A stretch of DNA of 45,403 bases from the IMG/VR virus record IMGVR_UViG_3300009156_000009; one strand, written 5' to 3'. The notes beneath the pieces were generated by a model that had not been told where the DNA came from, ran no database searches, and worked only from the letters and a program-made list of their open reading frames with translations. Every line of letters begins with the position of its first letter. The stretch's first letter is position 1. The translations under genes were made by a program, and so were the position numbers. The DNA comes from a virus. Shown here piece after piece: positions 7,660-15,777 of the stretch.

Positions 7660-7688
7660 ACCCTACAGTACGCTAAGCGATATGTCAA
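7660..7688 (-). promoter_or_regulatory. Candidate promoter (minus strand): TTGACA - 17 nt - TAGGGT
   Basis: On the minus strand there is a perfect -35 TTGACA (7688-7683), a 17-nt spacer, and a TANNNT-type -10 TAGGGT (7665-7660). It sits in the 81-bp divergent gap between genes 7253..7633(-) and 7715..8122(+). Confidence 0.45.
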
Positions 7689-7714
7689 GTAGCACCGCGT
7701 AGGCTCGTCCGACC

Positions 7715-8122
7715 GTGCGCGCTATCATCGGCCGCGTGAGCGTCGCAGAGAACAGCGCCGAAACAGCGCCGAAGGTAATCGGTCGACCGTTCGAGCCCGG
7801 ACGCTCAGGGAACCCCGGCGGGCGTCCGAAGGGGATTGCGCGCACCGTGCGCGAGCAGGCCGGCGGTAATCCCGAAATGCTCGTGGCGCTCCTCCTCGAG
7901 ATAGCGCAGGATCCGCGCGCTGTAGTGCGCGATCGCCTGGCGGCCGTGAAAGAGCTCCTCGATCGCGGCTGGGGGAAAGCTCCGGCGTTCTCCCCGATTG
8001 AAGGACGGGACCCGCTGGAAGAGGACGAGATATCCAGCGCCATTCGCGAGATAGCGGACGAGCTCGCGGCGCGCCGAAATGGAAAGGGGACCGCCGAAAC
8101 GGTCCCCGATCCTACGACGTAG
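7715..8122 (+). CDS. Small basic protein with an FEPGRSGNPGGRPKG motif (DUF5681-like), possibly a DNA-binding or small-terminase-like protein
   Basis: This is the only plus-strand gene in the early block. The G.SGNP.GRPKG motif is one I associate with a phage DNA-binding family, but this is unverified. The competing minus ORF 7663..8232 is Arg/Ser-rich. Confidence 0.5.
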   Translation: MRAIIGRVSVAENSAETAPKVIGRPFEPGRSGNPGGRPKGIARTVREQAGGNPEMLVALLLEIAQDPRAVVRDRLAAVKELLDRGWGKAPAFSPIEGRDPLEEDEISSAIREIADELAARRNGKGTAETVPDPTT

Positions 8123-8129
8123 CGTGCGC

Positions 8130-8324
8130 CTAGCGCCCCGCGACCGCTCGGTGATTCGCGCGGCAACACTTGCCGCACACTGCGCCTAGCATCCGCTCGG
8201 CTGGATTCATGGATGCGCCGCATTGCTCGCACGCGAACCCGAGCGAGCGAGCGAGCGGGGACGCGACCTCGTTTAGACGCGGCGCGAGCTTCTCCATCGC
8301 CTTATCGTGCTCGCTCCTCGTCAT
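8130..8324 (-). CDS. Zinc-ribbon protein (64 aa)
   Basis: The ATG is preceded by GAGGAGGTCCG. The motifs are CEQCG ... CGKCC. Confidence 0.6.
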   Translation of the reverse strand: MTRSEHDKAMEKLAPRLNEVASPLARSLGFACEQCGASMNPAERMLGAVCGKCCRANHRAVAGR

Positions 8325-8467
8325 CGGACCTCCTCAAGCCTCACGGCCGTACGCAGCCAATGCGCATAGCCTTCTCTGGTAAGGACGATCAGCTTCGTAG
8401 GATCGGCGCTTAGGGCCGTCACTTGCCCGATCACGGCGCCCGTCCTCTTGTCTACAGCGATGGTCAT
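8321..8467 (-). CDS. Small hypothetical protein (48 aa)
   Basis: Hand-translated as MTIAVDKRTGAVIGQV... The ATG is preceded by ACGGAAGGAGTGAACTAGCT, and the stop overlaps the next ATG (ATGA). Confidence 0.45.
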   Translation of the reverse strand: MTIAVDKRTGAVIGQVTALSADPTKLIVLTREGYAHWLRTAVRLEEVR

Positions 8468-8561
8468 AGCTAGTTCACTCCTTCCGTAGTAGACACGGCC
8501 CGGTCTTAGCAGGGCGGACCGAAACGACTACGCGCGACGGCTGCGGGACAGCCGCTCATTG

Positions 8562-8768
8562 TCAGCGTTCCCGCACCGCCGTGAGTGCGCGGTACTGAGC
8601 GTCCATCTCGCGGTAGCGCCTGTCGGCTGCATCGCGTCGGACGGTCACTACAGAGAGCGCGACGTGATCCGTGACACCACGAAAGCGCATCTCATCCAGA
8701 AGCCACTGGCAAATGTCAGCCTCATGCGCGGCCATGATCGTCTCGTTGTAGGTGTGTTCTGCGGTCAT
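8562..8768 (-). CDS. Hypothetical protein (68 aa), first gene of the minus-strand early block
   Basis: The internal ATG is preceded by GCGGAAGGAGTGAAT. A 6-bp hairpin (8538-8554) follows the stop. Confidence 0.55.
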   Translation of the reverse strand: MTAEHTYNETIMAAHEADICQWLLDEMRFRGVTDHVALSVVTVRRDAADRRYREMDAQYRALTAVRER

Positions 8769-8861
8769 ATTCACTCCTTCCGCGCGGGTAGATCCCGCGC
8801 CTCGCTCGCCTTTCCCTGTCTCACTCACACACAAAGCATACAGCACGCTACAGGGAACAGG

Positions 8862-8880
8862 GTCTAGGATAGACCTAGAC
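8862..8880. promoter_or_regulatory. Inverted repeat GTCTAGG-ATAGA-CCTAGAC in the early/late divergent region
   Basis: Seen directly: 7-bp arms separated by 5 nt, inside the 300-bp non-coding gap between the divergent operons. Confidence 0.4.
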
Positions 8881-8909
8881 TTTCGGCTAGTTCTCAGGGC
8901 TCGAGCCGG

Positions 8910-8925
8910 GCTGCGCCGGCGCAGC
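8910..8925. promoter_or_regulatory. Perfect 16-bp palindrome GCTGCGCCGGCGCAGC
   Basis: Seen directly. It is self-complementary over all 16 positions. It could be an operator, a hairpin or a packaging-related site. Confidence 0.4.
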
Positions 8926-9046
8926 TGCGAGAGCTCAGCCGTTACTTCCCTGCTACCGGGGAGGGGGGTGGCTGGGAGGTGAGCGCCGACGCCTCCCGAA
9001 CAATCGCACCACTTTTCATACTCGGTATCATTCTGGTTGCATAGTG

Positions 9047-9055
9047 TGCTAGGGT
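9047..9055 (+). promoter_or_regulatory. Candidate extended -10 promoter (TGC-TAGGGT) for the late operon
   Basis: TGnTAGGGT ends 12 nt before the ATG at 9068, which lacks an SD sequence and therefore has a near-leaderless geometry. The surrounding 60 bp are AT-rich. The same TAGGGT hexamer occurs in the 7660 promoter. Confidence 0.3.
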
Positions 9056-9067
9056 GGTACCAGACTG

Positions 9068-9277
9068 ATGCCAGCGATCTCCCTCAGACTTTCCGACGAT
9101 GAACTAGCGCAGTTGCGCGCCTGGGCGACCGACTCCAAGCGCTCCGTGCAGAAGGAGATCATCTGGCGGTTGTTCACGAGTCGGCCGGCGGTGGAGCGCG
9201 CGATGGATCCCTCGGTTCCACTGGCGCCTGAGGCCGACGACCACTTCAAGCCCGATTTCGGGGGGAAGCTCAAGTGA
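9068..9277 (+). CDS. Ribbon-helix-helix (Arc/CopG-like) protein, possibly a small-terminase surrogate or late regulator
   Basis: The N-terminus MPAISLRLSDDELAQLRAWA.. fits a beta-strand then helix RHH pattern. It is the first gene of the late operon, just upstream of the large terminase. Confidence 0.55.
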   Translation: MPAISLRLSDDELAQLRAWATDSKRSVQKEIIWRLFTSRPAVERAMDPSVPLAPEADDHFKPDFGGKLK

Positions 9278-9387
9278 CCCGCGACTTCCAGATCTTCGGA
9301 ACGGCCTGCTGCATCGGCATCCCCCTCCTCGCCGCCTGGGTGAAGTTGTGGCTGTGGGATCGGCAGGCCCGCCGAGATGCGCAGTAA
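9274..9387 (+). CDS. Possible mini membrane protein (37 aa)
   Basis: Hand-translated as VTRDFQIFGTACCIGIPLLAAWVKLWLWDRQARRDAQ, with a GTGA overlap with the upstream stop. Support is weak. Confidence 0.3.
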   Translation: MTRDFQIFGTACCIGIPLLAAWVKLWLWDRQARRDAQ

Positions 9388-9396
9388 CCTGCCTGT

Positions 9397-10839
9397 GTGA
9401 GCGATCTCCTCTCCGAGCTACCGGCCCGAGTTCGCGAGTGGCCCGAGGAGCGAAAGCGCGAGATCCTGGTCGCGCTTCAGAAGGAGCGCTGGCTGGAGCT
9501 CGCCCGGCCGGAGCAGGTGCCGCCGGAGGGGGACTGGCGGGTGTGGTTCTGCCAGGGGGGGCGCGGCGGGGGGAAGACACGCACGGGGGCGGAGACGCTG
9601 GCCGGCTGGGAGGGGGATCACGAGCCCGGCGAGTACGCGATCGTTGCCCCCACCTTCGCGGACGCGCGAGACACCTGCGCCGAGTCCTCCTCGAGCGGGA
9701 TCATCCAGGTGCTCGGCGGCTTCCCCGGCCCGCGCATCGCCGAGTACAACCGCACCTACGGGCAGATTCACCTGAAGTCGGGATCCACGATCTTCCTGGA
9801 CGGAGCCGACGACGGGGCGCTGCGCATCCAGGGCAAGAACCTGCGCGCGGCCTGGTGCGACGAGGCTGGTCTGTGGAAGATGTGGGACCGTACCTGGAAC
9901 GAGTCCCTGGCCTTCGCGGTGCGCCACGACCCGGCCAAGATCGTCGTTACGGGAACGCCGAAGATGGGGCATGGCCTGGTCAAGCTCCTCGTCGAAGATC
10001 CGAAGGTTCCGGTGTCGCGCTTCCGCACCGTGGACAACGCTCACAACCTGGACCAGATCGCGGTCAAGGAGCTGTACGAGCGCTACGCCGGCACCCGGCT
10101 CGGAAAGCAGGAGTTGGACGGGGAATGGATCGCGGCCCTGGAGGGAGACCTCCTCAAGCGCGCCTGGTGGCGCTACTACTCTCCGCGCGAGCGCACCGAG
10201 TCGAGCGAGGCGTTCGTGAAGCGGATGCCCCGCTTCCAGTGGGTGATCGTGTCCGTGGACACCCCTCTCAAGGACAAGGAGTCCTCGGACAACGTGGCGA
10301 TCCAGGCGTGGGGCGTGGACCGGGCTAACCGCTACCTGCTCGATGCGCGCGTGGACAAGATGGGCTACGACGCGGCACGACGGGCGATTCTGGAGATGAG
10401 CCGCTGGGCAAGGCGGCTGTGGCCCTGCCAGCACCGGCTCCTGATCGAGAACCAGGGCTACGGGATCGAGCTGATTACCGACCTCAAGCGCGAGCTCGGG
10501 GGCGTGGAGAAGATCATCGTGGGACCGGAGGGCTCCAAGGGGATGCGCGCGCTCGCCGCCTCCGACGACCTGGAGACGGGCAACGTCTTCCTGCCGGGAC
10601 GCATGAACGACGATCTGACCGGCCCGGACGATTCCTGCCCCGCACTGACTCACTCGCTCGTGGACGAGGCCGCGCTCTTCCAGATGGACGGCTCCCACGA
10701 GTCCCACGACGATCAGGTGGACGCCTGGAGCCAGTGCATGAACTGGCTGCGCAAGCGACAGACCCGCTCCGCTCGGGCGTGGTCATCGTTCAAGGTGAGG
10801 AGGCCCGATGCAGCTCCGCGTCGTTCAGTACGCTCCTAA
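9397..10839 (+). CDS. Terminase large subunit
   Basis: The 480-aa protein has a Walker A-like CQGGRGGGKTRTGAE, a Walker B-like AAWCDEAG, and a C-terminal nuclease-type region (SVDTPLKDKESSDNVAIQAWG ... HDDQVDAWSQCMNWL). Confidence 0.9.
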   Translation: MSDLLSELPARVREWPEERKREILVALQKERWLELARPEQVPPEGDWRVWFCQGGRGGGKTRTGAETLAGWEGDHEPGEYAIVAPTFADARDTCAESSSSGIIQVLGGFPGPRIAEYNRTYGQIHLKSGSTIFLDGADDGALRIQGKNLRAAWCDEAGLWKMWDRTWNESLAFAVRHDPAKIVVTGTPKMGHGLVKLLVEDPKVPVSRFRTVDNAHNLDQIAVKELYERYAGTRLGKQELDGEWIAALEGDLLKRAWWRYYSPRERTESSEAFVKRMPRFQWVIVSVDTPLKDKESSDNVAIQAWGVDRANRYLLDARVDKMGYDAARRAILEMSRWARRLWPCQHRLLIENQGYGIELITDLKRELGGVEKIIVGPEGSKGMRALAASDDLETGNVFLPGRMNDDLTGPDDSCPALTHSLVDEAALFQMDGSHESHDDQVDAWSQCMNWLRKRQTRSARAWSSFKVRRPDAAPRRSVRS

Positions 10840-12013
10840 ACTGATCCTGGAATGGGACCCCGTGCCCGGCGCTGCGGCGGGCTATCGCGGTCGGGCCGCC
10901 GGCGTCAGCAAGTGGACGCAGACCCAGGGCACGCGCATGACCTTCGCGGCCAACGCAACCGGGATCGTGGTCCAGGCGCTCGGGGTGGAGGACGAGGGCA
11001 CCTATCCACCCGTCACTCCCCCGCCGCCCACGAGCCGGCGGGGTGTCTCCTACTTCAAGGACGGCAACGGCGAGCTACCGATCTCGCACGTCGCGGACTA
11101 CGACTTCGTGTTCACGTCCTGGGGCGGCGCACCAGCAGCAGGCTCGAGCGCGGCGAAGAAGGCGCTCGTCTACATGAGCGCGATCTCGTGCAAGCCGTGG
11201 ACCGGATGGCACTACGGCGTCACCGCCGAGGAGCTGCGCGCCGGCGGCTGGCAGATGAAGGACGCCGCCGGGAACGAGCTCGTAAACGTCGCCTACGGCA
11301 ACGTCCCGCTCGGTGATCCGGGGCTTCCGGGTTATCAGCAGAAGTGGATCGCGAACGTCTCCGCTCTCGTCGACCAGTGGGGCGTGGACGGGATCTTCAT
11401 CGACGACTTCGGGCGGCAATACAAGTCCGTGTCCGGTGGGCGTGAGTGCGACCGCTACCGGGGTCCGGCGAACGCTCCCATTCCCTCCTACGAGGCCGCG
11501 CTTGCCTCGTTTGCCAATGCCGTCTACAGCCACTTCCATGCGCGGGGAAAGTACGTGTGCTGGAACGCGCAGCCCTACATCGGAGGCTACGCGCCTTCGG
11601 ACACCGGAGGCTCCGCGCTCGAGTTCTGGCCGCTGATCGTCGACCACGCGGACGGGCTCATGGACGAGTTCTGGAACACGATCGGGCAGACGAACCCGCG
11701 CTCTCTCTCCGAAGCGTGGCTCCCGAACCTGCGCGAGCCGGCCTTCTGCGAGACGAACGGCGTGGACTTCCACTTCCACTGGCAGGGCTCGGAGGCGATC
11801 GGGAACTACCTCTTCTGCTCCATGCTGCTAGAGCACGTCGGCGCGATGGCGTGGTGGAACGGAAGCCGCAACCAGTGGCTCCCGCTCTACGACCGGCTCC
11901 CTCTCGGTGCCCCGCTCGGGCCGAAGACGCAGAATGGAAGTCGCTTCGAGCGCCGCTTCCAGAATGGGACCGTGTGGGTGGAAGCCGAAGCGGAGACTGG
12001 CGGGATCAGCTAG
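10808..12013 (+). CDS. FN3-like N-terminal domain plus putative glycoside-hydrolase-like TIM barrel (GH114/TM1410-like)
   Basis: The ATG is preceded by GGTGAGGAGGCCCG. The N-terminal LEWDPVPGAAGYR is FN3-like. The later ALVYMSAISCKPW...QQKWIANVSALVDQWGVDGIFIDDFG resembles the GFDG(V/I)F.D strand of GH114-type enzymes. The family assignment is unverified. Confidence 0.6.
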   Translation: MQLRVVQYAPKLILEWDPVPGAAAGYRGRAAGVSKWTQTQGTRMTFAANATGIVVQALGVEDEGTYPPVTPPPPTSRRGVSYFKDGNGELPISHVADYDFVFTSWGGAPAAGSSAAKKALVYMSAISCKPWTGWHYGVTAEELRAGGWQMKDAAGNELVNVAYGNVPLGDPGLPGYQQKWIANVSALVDQWGVDGIFIDDFGRQYKSVSGGRECDRYRGPANAPIPSYEAALASFANAVYSHFHARGKYVCWNAQPYIGGYAPSDTGGSALEFWPLIVDHADGLMDEFWNTIGQTNPRSLSEAWLPNLREPAFCETNGVDFHFHWQGSEAIGNYLFCSMLLEHVGAMAWWNGSRNQWLPLYDRLPLGAPLGPKTQNGSRFERRFQNGTVWVEAEAETGGIS

Positions 12014-13032
12014 TGGCCGATTCGGTCTTCTTCGACGGCAGCGATGACTCGATGACATTCGGGATCGGGAACGCGGACATCCCCGCCGGCCCGATCACGA
12101 TCGCCATCGTGCTCAAGGACAACTCCTTCACGCTCGGTAATTACGACGCGCTGCTCGTCTCGGAGGACGGCGGCACGACCCGTTGGTGGAGCGCGTACGT
12201 GGCCGGTGACGCCGACGCGCACTTCCTTCTGGGCACGACGGCAGGGGACGACACCTCCGCAGCGGTGGTCGCGCTGGAGACGCTGGGCCTGATCGGGGAG
12301 TGGGTGATCTGCGCCGTGACGAAGGCCAATGGAGCCGTGGCCCCGCGCTACCACCGCTTCGATCTCGCGAACGGGTGGGACCACCAGGACTCTCCGAACA
12401 CGCTCGCGAACGGGACGACACCACCTAGCACGGCCAAGATCCAGCTTGGCCTCGACTCCATCTTCGGCTCTCCCGCCGACGTGAACATGCTCATCTTCGG
12501 AATCAAGGACGCCGTGATGAACGACGCCGAGATCGAGGAGCTGTCCAATGGTTACCAATCCTGGGTGGACGCGGGCTTCACCGAGGGGGTGCGCCTGGAT
12601 GCGGTCACAGGGCTGACCTCCTTCACTGGCGGGACGATGGCGCTGGAGTCCGTTACGGGAGCGGTGCTCGATCCTGGCGATGCTCCCGCCTGGTGGGTGG
12701 AGCCTGAGGACGAGATCTCTTACAAGCGCTTCTTCGGCCCGGCACAACTGACCGGCACAGCGGCCACGCTCTACACCTGCCCCACCGGGAAGCGGGCGCG
12801 CGTGCTCAACATCCATGCCTCCAACCCCTCAGGCTCCGAAGTCGATCTCAACCTCTCCATCGGAACCGACGCTACGGCGACGCGGGTGTACGACGACTTC
12901 CCACTTGCGCGTGACTCTGTGGAGTCCACCTACGATCCCTACGACCTGGCGGCTGGGGACGAGATTCAGGGCTGGGCGGGAACGGCAGCGACGGTGGTGC
13001 TGACCATCACCGGCTACGAGGTGCCCGAGTGA
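12013..13032 (+). CDS. LamG/concanavalin-like domain protein with a C-terminal roughly 100-aa module (copy A of a triplicated module)
   Basis: The GTG overlaps the upstream TAG. It shows Laminin_G_3-like logic: FFDGSDDSMTF...ITIAIVLK...EWVICAVTK...MLIFGIKDAVMNDAEIEEL. The C-terminal module spans about 12715-13029. Confidence 0.65.
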   Translation: MADSVFFDGSDDSMTFGIGNADIPAGPITIAIVLKDNSFTLGNYDALLVSEDGGTTRWWSAYVAGDADAHFLLGTTAGDDTSAAVVALETLGLIGEWVICAVTKANGAVAPRYHRFDLANGWDHQDSPNTLANGTTPPSTAKIQLGLDSIFGSPADVNMLIFGIKDAVMNDAEIEELSNGYQSWVDAGFTEGVRLDAVTGLTSFTGGTMALESVTGAVLDPGDAPAWWVEPEDEISYKRFFGPAQLTGTAATLYTCPTGKRARVLNIHASNPSGSEVDLNLSIGTDATATRVYDDFPLARDSVESTYDPYDLAAGDEIQGWAGTAATVVLTITGYEVPE

Positions 13033-13682
13033 TAGACGTGCTCGTGCCGATCCTGCGCCGGCCTCCGCACGACATGATCGACTCGCTCGAGCGCTCCACG
13101 GAAACGGAGTTCCAGGTCTACTTCATCTGCTCCCCCGGAGACGACACCGCCGAGGAGTGCCGCGTCCACGACCGTTACGTTACGTGGGTGGTGGAGTGGG
13201 AGCCCGGCCGGGCCGACTTCGCCAGGAAGATCAACTGGGCCTTCGAGCGCACCTCCGCTCCCTGGATCTTCACCGGGGCCGATGACATCCGCTTCTCTCC
13301 CGGCTGGGACAGCGAGGCGTTGAAGATGAACGCGCAGGTGGTCGGCACCAACGACCTGCACAACCCCGGTGTGAAGGCCAAGACGACCGCTACCCACCTG
13401 CTTATCTCCCGCGCCTACCTCAGCGAGCGCGGCGGCACGGTGGACGGGACGGGCGCGGTCTTCTCGGAGGTGTATGACCATCAGTACGTGGACATGGAGC
13501 TGGTGGAGCTCGCCAAGCGTCGGCGCGCGTGGGCGTTCGCGGAGCGCTCGGTGGTGGAGCACCTGCATCCGGTGTGGGGCCTGGGAGAGTGGGACCCGAC
13601 CTACGAGAAGGCGTTTCGCGAGACGAATCAAGATGCGGCCCTGTTCACCTCCCGCCTGCGTGCAATCCGCCACTCGCGGTGA
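13029..13682 (+). CDS. Glycosyltransferase, GT-A fold (GT2-like), number 1
   Basis: Opens with VLVPILRRP and has TGADDIRFSPGW (DxD-type). The GTGA start overlaps the upstream stop. Confidence 0.7.
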   Translation: MIDVLVPILRRPPHDMIDSLERSTETEFQVYFICSPGDDTAEECRVHDRYVTWVVEWEPGRADFARKINWAFERTSAPWIFTGADDIRFSPGWDSEALKMNAQVVGTNDLHNPGVKAKTTATHLLISRAYLSERGGTVDGTGAVFSEVYDHQYVDMELVELAKRRRAWAFAERSVVEHLHPVWGLGEWDPTYEKAFRETNQDAALFTSRLRAIRHSR

Positions 13683-13695
13683 TATAGTCGCGAGC

Positions 13696-13935
13696 ATGAG
13701 ACTGATCCACGACCTCCGTAACGTAACGGCGCTCCTCGATCTGGCCCGCCGTCAGCGCAAGGCGATCAGCGAACTCCAGAAGACCAACATGCACCTGCGC
13801 CGCACCGCTCTCGATCTGGCGGTCGCCTGGCGAGTGTCCCTGGAGCAGCCCGAGGTGGACATCCGCGACGACCTCCAGACCATGATCGGAGAACTTCAGG
13901 ACGAGTTGGCGCGGCTCGAGGAGCACTACGTTTGA
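13696..13935 (+). CDS. Small coiled-coil protein (79 aa)
   Basis: Uses the internal ATG of ORF 13474..13935 and has heptad-like Leu/Glu/Arg composition. It contains one copy of the CGTAACGTAACGG motif. Confidence 0.5.
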   Translation: MRLIHDLRNVTALLDLARRQRKAISELQKTNMHLRRTALDLAVAWRVSLEQPEVDIRDDLQTMIGELQDELARLEEHYV

Positions 13936-14561
13936 ATGTCTCCATCCTCGTTGCCACCTACGGAGAGGAGTCCTGGCGGACGCTCGCCCACGAGCGCGCC
14001 CTCCCTTCGGCCCGCGCGCAGGAGCCCTACGAGGTTCTGGACGGTCACGCCCTGGATGGAACGATCTCGGAAGCCCGGAACGCGCTGGCAGAGATGGCGA
14101 AGGGCGACTGGCTCTGCTTTCTGGACGCGGACGACGAACTTGGCCGCGGTTATCTCGCGGCCATGCAGCAGGCGTACGAGCGGAGGCGTAGAGACGACGG
14201 CACTCCGCCTCTGCTCACGCCTGCGGTCTCCTATGTGCGCAAGGGCAGGCCGCAGCCGGCGCGCTTCCTATCCGGCAACGACCTCTCCAAGAACAACTAC
14301 CTCGTTGTGGGCACGCTCGTCGAGCGCGATCTCTTCATGCAGGTCGGCGGCTTCTCCGACTACCCGCACGGGTTCGAGGACTGGTCGTTGTGGGCGAAGT
14401 GCTGGAAGGCCGGAGCGGAGGTCGTGAAGGTGCGCCGAGCCATCTATTTCGCCTACTGGAACCGCAACTCCAAGCACCGGATCGCGTGGCGCAACCGTCG
14501 CTGGCAGGTGCAGATGCACCAGCAGGTGCAGCGCGATCTCTTCCCGGAGACGTACGCATGA
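13932..14561 (+). CDS. Glycosyltransferase family 2-like, number 2
   Basis: Motifs are VSILVATYGEE, CFLDADDEL and FEDWSLW. The TTG start overlaps the upstream TGA. Confidence 0.85.
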   Translation: MNVSILVATYGEESWRTLAHERALPSARAQEPYEVLDGHALDGTISEARNALAEMAKGDWLCFLDADDELGRGYLAAMQQAYERRRRDDGTPPLLTPAVSYVRKGRPQPARFLSGNDLSKNNYLVVGTLVERDLFMQVGGFSDYPHGFEDWSLWAKCWKAGAEVVKVRRAIYFAYWNRNSKHRIAWRNRRWQVQMHQQVQRDLFPETYA

Positions 14562-15202
14562 AGCTGCACACCGTCTTCATCACCTACAACCGCCTGGAGT
14601 TGACCAAGCAGGCCATTGAGTCCTACCTGGAGACGGTGACGCTTCCCTTCGCGTTCGTCGTCTATGACAACGGATCGCAGGATGGGACTGCCGATTGGAT
14701 CAGAGCCAAGGGCTATCCGCTCATCGGGGACCACGAGAATCGTTACCCAGGATTCGCCGCCAACCGTGGCTGGTCACATTGGATGAAGGCCGACACGACG
14801 CATCTCCACCGAGCCGACAACGACTTCGCCTTCCTCCCCGGCTGGTGTGAAGAGGTGGAGCGCATCTTTCAGTCCGAGAAGGTCGGGCAGGTGGGTCTGC
14901 GCACGGACGAGGAGGAGATGTACGCGCGCTGGAACGTGGGAGGCAACTGCGTCATCCGCCGCGAGTTGTGGGATCAGGGCCTGCGCTACGACGAGCGGCC
15001 CTGGCCCGAGTACCCGCCCGGCTACTCCGAGGACTCCTTCCTCTCTCCCGCGGTCGTGGAGATGGGCTACACCTGGACGCGCGTGAAGCGGCCCTGCATC
15101 CGCTCGCTCTCGCAGGAGTCATGGGACGACCCCTACTACGCGGGCTCCTGGGGCGACCGCAACATCAAGCGCCCGCCCGACTCCGCTCCTGCTACTCGTT
15201 GA
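14558..15202 (+). CDS. Glycosyltransferase family 2-like, number 3
   Basis: The ATGA overlaps the upstream stop. Motifs are VFITYNRLELTKQAIESYL, YDNGSQDGT and RADNDFAFLPGW. Confidence 0.8.
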   Translation: MKLHTVFITYNRLELTKQAIESYLETVTLPFAFVVYDNGSQDGTADWIRAKGYPLIGDHENRYPGFAANRGWSHWMKADTTHLHRADNDFAFLPGWCEEVERIFQSEKVGQVGLRTDEEEMYARWNVGGNCVIRRELWDQGLRYDERPWPEYPPGYSEDSFLSPAVVEMGYTWTRVKRPCIRSLSQESWDDPYYAGSWGDRNIKRPPDSAPATR

Positions 15203-15765
15203 TCTCGGTCGTCATCCCCACGATCACAGGCCGCGAGAACTCGCTCGCGCGCACGATCGCCGCCTACAACTTCACGACCAACGCGAAGATCGAGTGGCTG
15301 ATCTACAAGGATCGGCCCACCTGCGGGATCGCCTGGAACGAGGGGATCGCGGAGGCGACGGGCGACTACATCCACCTGAGCGCGGACGACCTCGAGCCGC
15401 AGCCCGGCTGGTACGAAGCTGCCTGGTCGAAGATCAATCACGGCTTCCTGCCCGCTCCTCGCATCCTCAAGCCGGACGGAACGCTGGAGTCCTGCGGCTG
15501 GGACGATCAGGAGCGCCCGGATGGTACGCCGGAGGAGTTCTCGAGGATTCCCTTCGCTCCGAAGGAGTGGTTCTGGGAAATGGGGCCGATGCTGGAGACC
15601 CACTACATGGGTGACTACTACTTTGGCGCGCTCGGTCGGAGGATCGGGATCCTCACCGTCATCGCCCGCGACTACCTCTTCATCCATCACCACGAGATGA
15701 CCGGCCGCCTGAACACTCTGAAGTCGGACTGGAACGAGTACGAGCGCGCCCTCCGAACGCTCTGA
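15199..15765 (+). CDS. Glycosyltransferase GT-A-like, number 4
   Basis: The TTG start overlaps the upstream TGA (TTGA). Motifs are VVIPTITGRENSLARTI and HLSADDLEPQPGW. Confidence 0.65.
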   Translation: MISVVIPTITGRENSLARTIAAYNFTTNAKIEWLIYKDRPTCGIAWNEGIAEATGDYIHLSADDLEPQPGWYEAAWSKINHGFLPAPRILKPDGTLESCGWDDQERPDGTPEEFSRIPFAPKEWFWEMGPMLETHYMGDYYFGALGRRIGILTVIARDYLFIHHHEMTGRLNTLKSDWNEYERALRTL

Positions 15766-15777
15766 CACAATCCGCGC

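Noticed and set aside
9348-10707. Large overlapping ORFs in other frames or strands of well-supported genes. Examples are 9348..10328(+), 9418..10707(-), 552..1259(-), 11075..11779(-), 12010..12816(-), 13014..13697(-), 15136..16758(-, 540 aa), 16813..17673(-), 16989..18422(+), 19992..20732(-), 23151..23987(-), 32662..33666(-), 36754..37800(-) and 38924..39856(-).
   Set aside because: These are typical high-GC artefacts with Arg/Gly/Pro/Ala-rich products. They overlap genes that have clear motifs (terminase, glycosyltransferases, epimerase, endolysin, portal, capsid, tape measure). Their third-position GC is lower than in the annotated frame where I checked.
13717-13729. Idea that the recurring R-N-V-T peptide encoded by the CGTAACGTAACGG motif is an N-glycosylation sequon (N-X-T) selected at the protein level
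   Set aside because: All copies use identical, otherwise rare codons (CGT and GTA). The reverse-orientation copies encode R-Y-V-T instead. An intergenic palindromic copy also exists. These points indicate selection on the DNA sequence, and the shared frame is forced by TAA stops in the other two frames.
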